A DNA stretch of 64,000 bases, taken from Bugula neritina (Eukaryota; Animalia; Bryozoa). The DNA lies in contig OZ037766.1 in assembly GCA_964035545.1 (NCBI GenBank), positions 26,626,343 through 26,690,342 on the forward strand, in the 5' to 3' direction. The notes beneath the pieces are model-generated. The model was not told where the DNA came from. It saw only the letters and a list, made by a program, of their open reading frames with translations, and searched no databases. Both the position numbers and the translations under genes were made by a program. Below, piece by piece: positions 36,181 to 48,689 of the stretch (the stretch's first letter is position 1; every line of letters begins with the position of its first letter).

Positions 36181-39100
36181 ATGCTGTGGTTGGTTTGGTT
36201 TCTACTGACTCTACCCTGTGCCCTAGGTAAGTTTTTTTACATTGGTAATTATTGAGGTGTAGTGTTAGCAGCATTAGCTATTTGAGTTTAGCCTTATTGA
36301 TTTACGTTTATGTGCACATGTCTGTTTTGAAATACATTCAAGTAAATTTATTTACGTGTGTTCATTATAAATTTGAGTAATTCATGTGAGTGTTTATTAT
36401 ATATTATTTATTGTTGTTGCATATCACAGCATATATTGCAGTTGCATAATCCCATGTACAACAAAATTTCCTTTTGCTCTTACAAAAGTGTGTTTGGCTG
36501 TTCATACAGTTTTTTACGTTGAAACTCTTTGCATGATAACAATGCAGGTGTGAGCTCAGAAGGTATGGAGTTTAGACTAGTGTTTATGGACAACATTGTG
36601 GACTACCCTTTAAATCGGGACGTTGACCTCTATCTGTGTAATTCTCAGCCAATGACAGCAAATGTTACAGTTGAGCATCCTTATTTCACTCGTCGGAGTT
36701 GTCTCTCTCCACAAACAGTAATTGTACCACCAGATGACTGCCAGAGAGTGTCCATGTGCTCAGAAATCAGGTAGCAGACAAAACTAATGTTTAGTGAAAA
36801 CAATTTATTAATCTTAGTACCTAGTCTTGTGTAATGTGTCAATATATTGTATGCAACAGGCATTACAATAATGTTTTGTTTGATATTGGTATATTGGTTT
36901 ACGTAAACACTACTGCTGTTTTTTTAATTTGGTGAACTACTATACACTATCAAAAGTAGCGCAATATAAAAATTGAAGAAAATTTTTCCAATCTTGTTTC
37001 TGTTATTTTGCTCATATCAAACATCTCCCTGGTCTGATGTCACATTATGCTCTTCCATTTTTCAGAATTAAACTCTTTTACCCTGAATTTTATCACTTAC
37101 TTTCCACTAATGTAGAACAATGACTATTCAACTGCTAAATGCATTTCTATTTCTATGTATAGTTCATATGTCTAAAGTACTTGCTAAAATGTACTAAGTA
37201 TACGCAAAATATTGCATCTTCTTTTCATTCTCAGACACACTTACATCGATGGCTCACTCTCAAGAAAAGTTGTGGTCATTTCCGCCGACTCTCCAATTTC
37301 TGTGCACGGATTCAACGTAGAGAAGTTCTCAGCCGACTCGTTCCTCGTGTTGCCGTGGAGTATGGCTTCTAGAGTTTACTACGTCATGTCCTACTCGCCA
37401 CAGAGCATACAGACGCAGTTTGCTGTGGTTACAGCAGAAGTTACGAAAATCAGAGTTGTAATTCCTGACAGAGTAAACGAAACAATTTATGTGGATTACA
37501 GAGGAATACGATATTCAAATGGTAAATAATGTACATGTCTGTAACGCCTGCAAGAAAAACTTTGCTTAGGTAGCATAATTGTTGAACTCATAGTTATTAA
37601 AGTTACCGTATTACACTTGTTATTTTCCATGGAACATCAGCTAAGTTTTTTTTAAAGCAAGGTCTGTAGAGCTGAGATTAGGCTAAACTGCTTATATTGA
37701 TAAACTACATTTAACTACTTGTACATGATTTTTGTTGCAAGAATAAATTACCAGAATGTTCTTATAATTTCTGTTTGTCAATAGGAGAGAGCTTTACATT
37801 CATTCTTCACCCTGAGAACTCTTTTCTGGCCCAATCAGCTGGAGATCTCACGGGTGTTCTCATTCAGTCTGACAAGCCAGTTGCCGTGTTCACAGGAAAT
37901 GTCAGGACTTACAATGATCTCCATCATACGTCAAGAGACCATCTGGTGGAACAGGTATCTACTGGTGGAATTGCTCAACCGTGCTATTTGTGTAGCGTTA
38001 CAGCACTATAAATATGTATCACCAAGAAAATAATATACTTGCTGTTATTTCTTGTTAAATGTGTAGTCTGGAGTGGGAAAGGAGTACTTTTATGTTCACT
38101 TTATGTGTTACAAGTGAATACAATTTTAAAAAAAATTATTTTCTCTAATATTTAATTTAGTTGAATTAAAGTTAGTATATGTCCATTGGCATACCTAATA
38201 AAATATATTAGAATTTTGCTTCAAACTACACTAAAAATGATTATTCATCGAATTACAAAAGCAGAGTCAAGGTAAGATAGGTTATTAACTGGAGCATTTG
38301 CGGAGTTGCTAATTGTATGTGGAAAAGCCTGGAACTACAGTTGTCCTATAAGGTTTTAATACATTTAAAATCTCTGTTTTGTTAGTCGAATGTTAGAAAT
38401 GTTGTTCATGATTTGTAGTTTTGATCTGATTTTTTTGCAGGTTCTACCAGTCGAGCGTTGGTCTAGAACTTTCTTTTTCACACCTACTCCTCGCAAGGTC
38501 TTAGGAGATACTCTAAAAATACTGAGTGCGGCCCCAACTACACTGACTATACAGTCTATCAATAATACTGAGAACATGACCTTTGACCTTGAACCAAGTA
38601 AGTGCATTCCACTGCTTGTCTTGAAACTCATGTCTGTAATTCTCCAACCAATCACTGAGCACATACCCAACTGTTTCCAGCTGTCCCTTTCTACTTGAAT
38701 GGCGACTCGCCCTTCATTATAACAGCATCGCCTGCGCCGGTGCTGATTGGGGTCGTGGTGAGGTCACAAGACAGCAGGCAAGTTGGCGAATCGGATCCTG
38801 CTGACCCTTCCTTCTATTTCCTGCCGTCTTCTGATAGTCTTGCAGCTGAGTACATGCTGCCGTCGTTTATAGATGCCGATGGAAAGACTTACTCTAAACC
38901 CTGCTTACTGGTAAATACTTTCAAGATTGAAATATTTTTTATCTGGTTCAGCCAGACAAACATTGTATCATTTGCTGAGTAATTTACTAACAAATATTTG
39001 ATTTTCCATGATATTTATTTTGTTACAAACAGCATATTTGAGTTGCAGTGTAGTGTTTATGGGGAACAAATCTTGTATTGCTTAAATCTTGATGCTTTCT

Positions 39101-42100
39101 TTATTTCAGCTTGTATGCCAACGCAAAGACGCCAAAGATCTATTCATTGGTGAAGATAATTTGTCTGAACTTTTAGAAGCAAACTCTGTTTCTGATAGCC
39201 TCGGGTCAGACAATTCTAGCTTGGATGGACTCCTCAGAGTGACCTTACGTGTTGACCCCAGCCTTGTGTATAAGATATATCATAAGTATAACAAAAAGTT
39301 TATGGCTATTGCCTATGGAGCCAGTGACAGGGAATCTTATGCCTCTGCATTGGGTTACGACTTTCCACCTCCACCCTGCCAGATGTCTGCCACAACTGAA
39401 GGGGATGGAGTAGACAATGATTGTGATGGATCTGTTGATGAAGAAATATGTGGGAATGGTAAAGATGATGACGGAGATAAGCTGCTTGATGAAGATTGTC
39501 TCCGTAGTGAGTCTATTTATTTATTTGAAAATATATTTATTTATTTAAAAGTCTATATATTTAATTGTGTGTTGAGACTTTTAAGCTGAATAATATTTTG
39601 ACTTAAATCTGATTTGATTCTGTCGCTCTGGTTTAGGATTGCGCTGCATGCCCTTGTACCAGCTCCTGATGTTTTATATGCAAGCAATAAAGAATTTAAA
39701 ACAATTTAGAACCTGCTGATGCATGCTGCATATATTGACCTAGATTAGTTGTAGCTAATGTAGAGAGCTGGTTTTATGAGTCTTGTATTATTTCTGTAGC
39801 ATCTTATTATGTATAGGAATAATATTATCGTTGTCTTTATTTGTGTTCCAGTAGCCCCTTTGACCTTGGGTATGTATTTACTATTGTGAATCTTCTGTTT
39901 AAAACTGATTACACAAACTAATCTTTTATTTAATGTTTATGTTTTGCACTTTCTTTCAAATTTACTAATCTATAAATAATATTCTGTTATTATTTTATGT
40001 TTAATATGTTATATACCTTTAATTTTATATCTTAGGTTTTTTTATCATCATGAATAGAGTATAAAATTTATAGTTAAACATTTCACCTTTTTGTTTTTTT
40101 ATCATTTTTATGAAGAAAAGCTCACTTAACTAATAGTAAAATTTTTATAATAAATTTTATTCTAAATTTTTCAAATTAACATTGTGTTTAAAATACAATT
40201 ATTTGTAATATTTCAGCTGAACAACCTACGAGCGGTTATGCAACAGGCACTGATTTTGCTATAGTTTTCATGTCGAACGTAGTGCGAGACGTGCGTAGTA
40301 TTAGTGTCGACGAAATGGAGCTGTATGTAGCCACCGAGTCCAAAAGTTACCTCAACATAACGTCACCATCATATGAGGGAGATGGAGCTCCATTTGTGAG
40401 TCACTCAATAACTCATCATCGCCTCCTTGGCATTTTCTAATGTCCTTGTGTTATTAAATACCTTTGATGAAATAAACCAAACAAACAAACAAACATCAGG
40501 ATATCTCATGCTAGCTGGTGATCTGTTCCATATTTGACTGCTCTAGCTACTGGCTAATCTCTTCTATTTTGAATGGGAATGACTATGGAATTTTGATTCT
40601 TGCTTTTGTCCTACTAGTGAGTCTTTTTAGCTACAAGGTGATTGGCTAATTTTGGTTTACTTTTGAAGATTATCAACAGGACTGCCGATCCCGATACGGT
40701 TTATCAGATCAGACTGAGTCCGAAGATGAGACTCTCTACTGGCACTGAGATTGGGAGGTGTGTGATCAGCTTGAAGGTGATTCGTGTGACTTCCACTAGT
40801 GACATTGTTGTTTATGGTATCAATAAGCAGCAGTTCTCTACTGATGGATTTCTCGCTCTTCCCACATCTGTAACTGGTAAGCAACACTTTAATACTCACG
40901 AAGTTAATATATAACTTTTTTAATTATTGTTTTAATACAATAAGTTGAGTTTGTAATTCTTTTGAAAGCTAAAATTTCATTTTACTGACATTGCTAATTA
41001 CTATCGGAAACAAGTTTTAAATTTAATTTCTAGGTACGCTTTTAAAAAAATGCAATCCATATTGTTGAGGAAAAATCTTTTAAATATTTAATTAAAAGCA
41101 CTATGTACTGATCATACTTGTATGTGTGGTCTTGACTGTTTTGACAGGAAGTGAATATTTTGCCTTCTGCTACTATCCAATAAACACTAATGATGATAGA
41201 TGCCAGTTTGCGGCCGTTTCTACCAGCCATAATCTCACCATCAGCATAGATCTGCCTGAGGGCGTCACAACTGACCCCCTAAGAGGCGTGTCACATACTG
41301 GACCAGTAAGCTAATTTCTCAACTCTTATTCTATTGTTCCTTGTCTGTACTTCTGTCCTTATGAAGCTTGGAGTTTATTGATTACAGCCCATGTAGTGTT
41401 AAGCGCTCTACAAAAATATATAATAAAAATATAATAATTATATAAAATTATGATGTAGAAAAACAAAAGGTTTCAGCAAATTTACCATCAATGTATATTT
41501 CACTTTAGGTTTGTTTGTTTATATTATATAATTAATTTAATTTTTCTCTTGTCTAAGCTAGTGTTAATCAATAAAACTCAAACTGCGGTGGCAGAAGACT
41601 GTTATTCAGAGTGATATTTTTATATAATCAGGTCAATCGGTTTATGTTCAATATTTTTAACTTTTTCACTCGCTGCCTTTTGTTTTTGCAGAAGACATTT
41701 CAGGTAAACCTGCTGCCATACCAAGTCCTGGAGATTCAGTCTCAAGACGACTTGACTGGTGCTAGAGTGTACACAGCAGATGGACAGCCCTTCACTTTTT
41801 ACTCTGGGAACATAAGAGCTCGTGTTCCCACCTCCAAGAGCTCTAGGGATCATCTTGTAGAACAGCTGCCACCAACTAATCTCTGGGGGAAATCCTTCTC
41901 ATCAATGCCAACTCCACGTATGTTCAACTAATATTAATGAAATATCTCTTTTATGCAAAACATTAATGGCTGCATTACAAGAAAGAATTTATAGCGTCCT
42001 TTTATTTGTACTGTTAATTTCTGGGTCACACCAAAAGAATAAATATGCTTACACTTACTATTACTATTACACTATTACACTTACATTACTATTGGTAGGT

Positions 42101-45100
42101 GCCTCACCCATTGGGGATATCTTCAAGGTCGTTGCTCGTGAGTCCAACACTCGAATCCAGTACTTCTACAGAGACCCAACCAGAGAAGCAGATCACCAAC
42201 TTGTCTCCGTCCAGAATGAGTTACCACGTGCTGGATCACACATGCAGATAGACATGGGAAGCAATGACTCTATTCACATACAGGTTGGTATCATTTGCTC
42301 ATTTTTAACCATTACTTTCAAAAATAGTAACTTTTTGTTTTCAAAATCTGCCTTATACTTTAAAATTATAAAATAACAAAAAATGGTAATTTAGGAGTTG
42401 TATCTAAATTAGTTAAAAGCGGAGTCTTTTTGTGATTTTTTGGAAACAATAACGTTAGCCCTGATTTTTAGTTTTGAAAGAACGAAATATTAAACAGTTT
42501 TCAAATGATCTGGGACTTTGCTTATATTTGAAATACCAAAACTGACTTGCAGATGGAAAAATATAAATTTATAGATACTTTGAGTACCTAACCATGTGTA
42601 GTGTAGCTTTGTGTTGTGAAGTGTGATGTAACACAGTGCAGTACATTTCAGAGTTGTGTAGTGCAGTGCAATTTGGTGCAACATAATGCAGTGGATTGTT
42701 ATTTAGTGCGGTGTGTACTGTAGTTATGACATCATGCTTTAGGCAAACCATCCTGTGTTAGTCATACAAATATCTAAGTCAGCGACACAAAGAGATACGG
42801 ATCCGGCAGCCATTGTGGTGGTTCCTGAAGAATATTGGAGTGACAGATATCGTTTTGTTACTCTGTTAAGTGGTCAGAAGTGAGTAGGCAAGATATACTG
42901 TAATTTGAGATAGTTTTTATATAATTGGCAATTGAACATTCAAACTGATAGGATATATAAAAGTAAATAACATGGTAATTTATGATGATACAATAAATTA
43001 AACTAACTTAACTAGGGCTTCAATACATTCTGTGAACATGTCAAAATATTCTGGTTTTATTGTTAAATTGCGTTTTGAAAAGAAGAGTTTGATACTTTAT
43101 ATAAGTAGCTTCACATGGTTTAAAATAATGTAGTGGCCGGTATAAAGGTTTGTGTTACAAAAGTATGAAAATTCAATTTCAGAGATAAAAATGGTCATCA
43201 GTTGGAGTTCAACAGCTCGATTATTGTGACGGTGAATAAAGCGTACAGGAAGTCCTTAGTGTTTACACATCCAGATCTGCTAGGAACTGTAGAGAACATC
43301 GGGGAGTCAGATGGTTGGGTGGATATCCCAGGAAGTAACCACGAGGGCGGCGTATTCAACGTTAGAAGTGGCCAGGGGCAAAGTGTCCTCACTAGTACAA
43401 ACCCTAATGCCACTTGGATGGCCCTGATTTTCGGGAGAGCGGATCGAGAGACTTACGGCAATGCTATTGGCCTGCATCTTCCTGCTAAGTTGCAGACGTC
43501 ACCAGACTCTGTAAGTGTGATGGTTTCATGTCATAGTATTCATATATCATTTTGTGTTCCCATATCATAATGACTTATTTTCTGTTTGTTAACCGTTAGA
43601 TCGAATTCCCATTTCAATTCAAGTCAAAGCATGTTACACTTTGCTTAATTAATGATTAACTAATTTTTAATCTTGCGCAAGTTTACAATTGATATCCCTG
43701 TAATAATCCCTACAGGAACGTGTTTTTGAAGTAGGCTAAGGACTTATTCATATGTGGCACAGAAGTAACTATGGCATAAGGCTCTTCCTAACATCACTGC
43801 TGGTGTTCGGACTTGAACTACTGACCCTGTGTTTACTAGGCCGGCACTCTAACCACAACATCATGGCTGCTAATATTTGTTTACAGAAGTAGTCTTATTA
43901 GTCTTAGTTTCAAGGTATGTTTTCATTCAAGACTATCACTGCATATATTCTACTTTGTCTGTTGTTCCACAGTGTGATTCAAGCCCGGCTCATCCTGGAG
44001 ATGGTGTAGATAATGACTGTGATGGAAGAACAGATGAAGAGCTAGATAATGGTGTAGATGACGACGGTGATTTCCTAATAGATGAAGATACCGGAACTTT
44101 GCCAGTTGGGTACAGATATGTAATGGTAAATTGTTTTATTTCACTCTCTTGTTCTAAAGTAGCGTCAAAGTATTTTGAAAACAATTGTAGAAAACCTCTT
44201 ACTTATATTTATGTCTACATCATTAAAAATTCCAAGTACCGTGACTGAGTTTGCATTGTAGCTTGGGCTACAGTGTGATGTAATGTTTTTTAATGATCTC
44301 TAAATAATGCCTATAAGTTATTTGTTTTTAGGTATTTCAAGAGAACTTTGTAGAAAAACCTCGTAACTTTGCTCTAGACGTTTACGCCACAGTATCGCAG
44401 CAAATGACTTCTCACAAAGTCTCTTGTACACTCTCTACACCCGCCTTATCAGTCTCTCGCAGATACAATATGTCGGCCATTTTGCATCACTCAAAATTTG
44501 CTGCGGGAGATCAACACGGAATACATGTAAGTGTTTTTCTAACACCCTTTGCTACTATGACTAAACCATTTGGAATGATTAAGCTGTTTTACAGCATTTT
44601 TAATTTAGTTCTGAGTTGATTATAAGACATGTGTTATTTTATTCCTGTATTTTAAAATGAGTGTTGGCGCTCAACAATGTTTGGTAATTTTACTTATATA
44701 CAAAACTAATTTTAGAGTTTCAATTTGTATCTACAGTCATGTTTTTGTTAGATGCATTTGTAGCGTTGACTCATGTTTCGATTGCTTTGTGTCGTCTGCT
44801 GTAGTTTGCCGTGTCTGCTGAACTACGCACTTACGGATCAGGAATCCAAAACAAAGCAGTTTTGGTCGAATGCAACTCTCCAGTTACTGTCATGGCCGCT
44901 AATCGAGAGACATTCTCTACTGACGCATTTGTTGTTTTTCCAGAAAGCTCTCTTGGTCAGTTTATCAACTTTTCTATCTTTGAATTGTTTTAGTAGAAAT
45001 AAGTATTAAAGAACTGAAATAATAAACTTAAAATCTAGTATTAAAATTCTCAGTTTGTTGGAATGCTCGCAACGAATCTAAAAAGTTATTCATACTGTCT

Positions 45101-47474
45101 CTTGATTTTTATAGGAAAGGAATATTATTCCATGAGCTTCTCTCCCGCTACTTTGGCTACCCAGTTTGCTGTAGTGGCTGTCAGTGACGGCATCACTGAT
45201 GTTGCATTAAACATGCCAGCAGAAGTAGCGTATCTCGGCAAAAATCAAACTCAGTTGAATGTAAAACTCAAACGTTATCAACTATTTCAGGTATATATTA
45301 TTTTATATAAAGTATATACATGTAGGCAGTGAAAAGACCATTATCTGCTAAAGTCAATGTTTTAGCAAAACCTCTTTCACCGAAGAAATTACATACTCTT
45401 TGTATGCCTTCATTAAAAATGCAGTTTTTACACTTCATTGTATTGAAAATAAACGATATATTGCTGTTATTACTATTTAGTATTGATTTATATATCGAAT
45501 ATTAGCTTTATACTTTATATTAAAGTACTGCACACTAAATTAATAATTTTTTGCACAAAGCATATATACAATATATATGAAAATAAAGAGTTATGTTTAT
45601 ACTATCCATTCTGATGATTTTTTAGTCATTTAATGTTAAAAAAATGATCTGATTTAATAAAATAATTATGATAAATTATTATAGTAATTGAATTACTGTA
45701 TTGCAGTTTTTTAAACACTAGCAATGACAGATAACTATAGTGTTTTAACATCTTTTCAAGGGACAATCAAAAGGAGATTTGACGGGGACGCATATTCAAG
45801 CCTCCCAACCCGTTGCTGTTTTCTCTGGTAACATTAGAACTAAGGTGGCCTTGTCCAACTCCCGAGACCATTTGGCTTCTCAAATCCCGCCCATTTCATC
45901 TTACGGAACTGAGTTTCAACTTGTACCTTTTCCTCACAGGTGAAAAGATAACATAGTTCAATTATATAGCTAATAGCTATACTATATTTGATATAGAAAA
46001 GATGTTGATTATATAGGATATTATAACATCTTTTCTATTTATATGACATATTATAGGACTATAGATACATCCTGTATACACTTTATATAGATAACATGAT
46101 AAAGCATCTATAGAACACTAAATTTTAAAATGTTGAAGAGCATGTGATGTAATCATGATCAGTATCTTGGCAGCTCATTCATTAGAATAATATCCCTAAG
46201 CAAATGTTGTTATTAGCATTATTATAGTTATTGGTATAAATAATATAAAGCTGGTACGATGCTGACCATCAAGCAAACAAAGTTAATACAAATAGAGCAT
46301 TAGATCTGTATATATATCTAAACAAACTAGTACATCATTCTGATCCGCGATACAGTGTAGAGTTGTGCTCTCATGTATGTAGAGTATAGGTGTAGAGTTG
46401 TGCTCTCATGTATGTAGAGTATAAGTGTAGAGTTGTGTTCTCATGTATATAGAGTATAAGTGTAGATTTTTGTCGCCATGCATACAGGTTGAGTGGAGAC
46501 ATATTCAGGGTACTCGCTGCTCACAATGAAACATCTGTACAGTATGAAGGCAAAGAGGAGATAATTCCACAAGCTGGCAGTTATATTGACCTTGATGTTA
46601 AAGGGGACGGGATGTCTATGATTACTTCTCAGTAAGTTCTCTTGTGGTAACTCCAAATTTGAAGTGAAATCAAGTTTTTAAAAGTTGATGAATTTTAAGG
46701 TGTTCGCATTGAATTTGGCTGGAAGACGCTATGGAAAGCTTTATACATGGGAATTGTTAATACTCATGTATGTAATGATGGTTTTTTAAACGTTTATAAT
46801 ACATTCTACAAGGTTTTTGTTTCACAACACTGTTTGCTACTCACTTTGTTCTGTTGCCTATTGTAGACCAGTTTTAGTAATGCAGATTCTGAAATCTCAA
46901 GAAGGAGCGGATTCAGCTCTAGAAGGTGACCCCTGCATGATGTTAGTCCCCCACTCGGCCCAGTTTGTGAATGAAATAACTCTATCCACCCCTATCTACT
47001 CAAAAGGCTATTATAAGAGCCGGGGCTACTATAACAACTACATGGTCATGTTGACGTCAGATATGAGAGGTGAGTCATATCCTGTTTTTGACCAATCAGA
47101 AATTATCTTACAACATACAAATATCTCTTAGAACAGTTTTTTTTTCATAGCTGGTTTTTACATTATCTAACTATTGTCTTCTAGCCCAACTGTCATAGTT
47201 TAGTCTAACCATTATATTTTAGTCTGACTATTGTATTTTAGTTTAACCATTTTGTTGTTTTGTTGTAGCTTTGAGATTTAACGGAGAGCAAATATCGGAT
47301 GCTCCAATTAAAATTATCAAGACAGTACCCGGCCAATACCTGTTCACCAAACTGTCACAGGAAGTGACCTCATTCACTTTGTCCGCTACACATGGACATC
47401 TGTTCTCAGGCTATCTTGTGGGCGTGGCAGACAGAGAGAGTTACTGCGTTCCTATCATCAACTCGACACTCTAG
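36181..47474 (+). CDS. Secreted protein with three tandem IgGFc-binding (FCGBP N-terminal) domains and two acidic DNDCDG..DE linker motifs
   Basis: Signal peptide exon 36181-36226 (MLWLVWFLLTLPCALG). Each domain has G.xF...F[MQ].N, S.D.F..[LF]P, QFA.V, DLTG..I....P...F.GN.R, SRDHL..Q.[PL]P, DP, [AS]DRE[ST]Y. Domains at ~36548-39360, ~40217-43480 and ~44110-47474. No VWD/C8/TIL and no TM segment before the stop at 47474. Confidence 0.88.
42595..42720. repeat. Degenerate pentanucleotide repeat (gtgta/gtgca)
   Basis: 5-bp periodicity upstream of the 42743 acceptor. Confidence 0.6.
43722..43870 (-). mobile_element. tRNA-Thr-derived SINE copy 2 (best preserved)
   Basis: Minus strand GCAGCCATGATGTTGTGGTTAGAGTGCCGGCCTAGTAAACACAGGGTCAGTAGTTCAAGTCC (A/B-box-like, CTAGTAA loop), then GTGATGTTAGGAAGAGC core and a 3' part shared with 13990-14157. 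Confidence 0.8.
46354..46467. repeat. 35-bp minisatellite x~3 (gtgtagagttgtgctctcatgtatgtagagtatag)
   Basis: Three tandem copies ending ~20 nt before the 46488 acceptor. Confidence 0.85.
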
Positions 47475-48689
47475 CACCGAAAATTTATATTATTCATTTT
47501 TTCCTTTTCCAATAAGTTTATAACGGTGTCATATTTATATTAATTTTGCAGTTATATTTGAGCTGATAGTTTTTTATTTTTCTAGTTTTGTGTGTTGCAA
47601 TGATTCAATGTTAAATAAATTGTGAAATTATGTTTAACTTTATTCAGTGCAATTTATTAGAGCATCAGTTGTTGATTTAAAAAGTAAAGTATTCTACCAA
47701 TATGCAGAAATGTGTTCTGCCGTTTGTTGCAGTAAGATAAAGTCACAATTCTGTGTTACATAAATATAGCCTGTGTGCTGTAAGTTGATGCATCTCTCTA
47801 ATAGGTTCACAGTCTATATATGCTTACCTAATGCATAGTACCAGTACCTGTAGTAACAGTTTGTGAATGCTACTTTGATATTAGATATCTGTTCAATATA
47901 GAGCAAACATAAAACCTGTGTTTCATCACTAAAGGTCTTCATAAAATAAAAAAAATTACCAAATCAAACTCAGTATGCACTAAAAGTGCAGTTTTGGTAA
48001 TTTATACTGCTCTATAAATTACCAAAACATCACACAACAAACATTAAAACAGTGGCTAAGATTTTGCTAATTTCTGCAGTCAAGTAGCAATTTAGATACT
48101 TCCCCAGCTCTCATAATGCTAGGAGTGAAATATCCGTTGCATTTGAACCATTAAGCTGGTGTATTAAGCTACAGCATCTAATCAAAATTCTATGTTTTGC
48201 TAATTTATTAATATCACCATAGCTTAAAGTATAAATAACGACTTTAAATCAAAAGTTTTTTCCAGCTTATGCAATAATAAAATATGATTTGACATGGGTG
48301 AAAAGCACATCACAATATCTTTATGTACTTTTAATTTTAATATGTTCTGTTAAAAATTTTATAAACAGGAAACTGGCAAATGGGCAGTTAGAGTAATTCT
48401 CCATATTATAAATGAAAATGTCATCATTCTACAACTATGTTCATTGGAGTACTTATAATGGTTGTTGGATCAAAGCCAATTATGGAAGGTATTTATACAG
48501 AAACATTTTTAAAATTTTCAAACAATTGATGACTCGGCATATTTTGAGAAGCCATTCAAAGATTTGATTCTTAGAAAGACTGCAGGCAGAAGCGAAGGAT
48601 TCCATCTGGATTGAATTTCTTTGAAAGAATCATTTCTAAAAAAAATTAAAAAAAAACACAAAAAAAATTGAAAAAACTAAACAGTGAAA

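Noticed and set aside
45993-46038. 14-bp-stem hairpin (also a 10-bp stem at 56877-56906) as miRNA or Helitron end
   Set aside because: Stems are too short for a pre-miRNA, no CTRR terminus follows, and they are isolated intronic palindromes.
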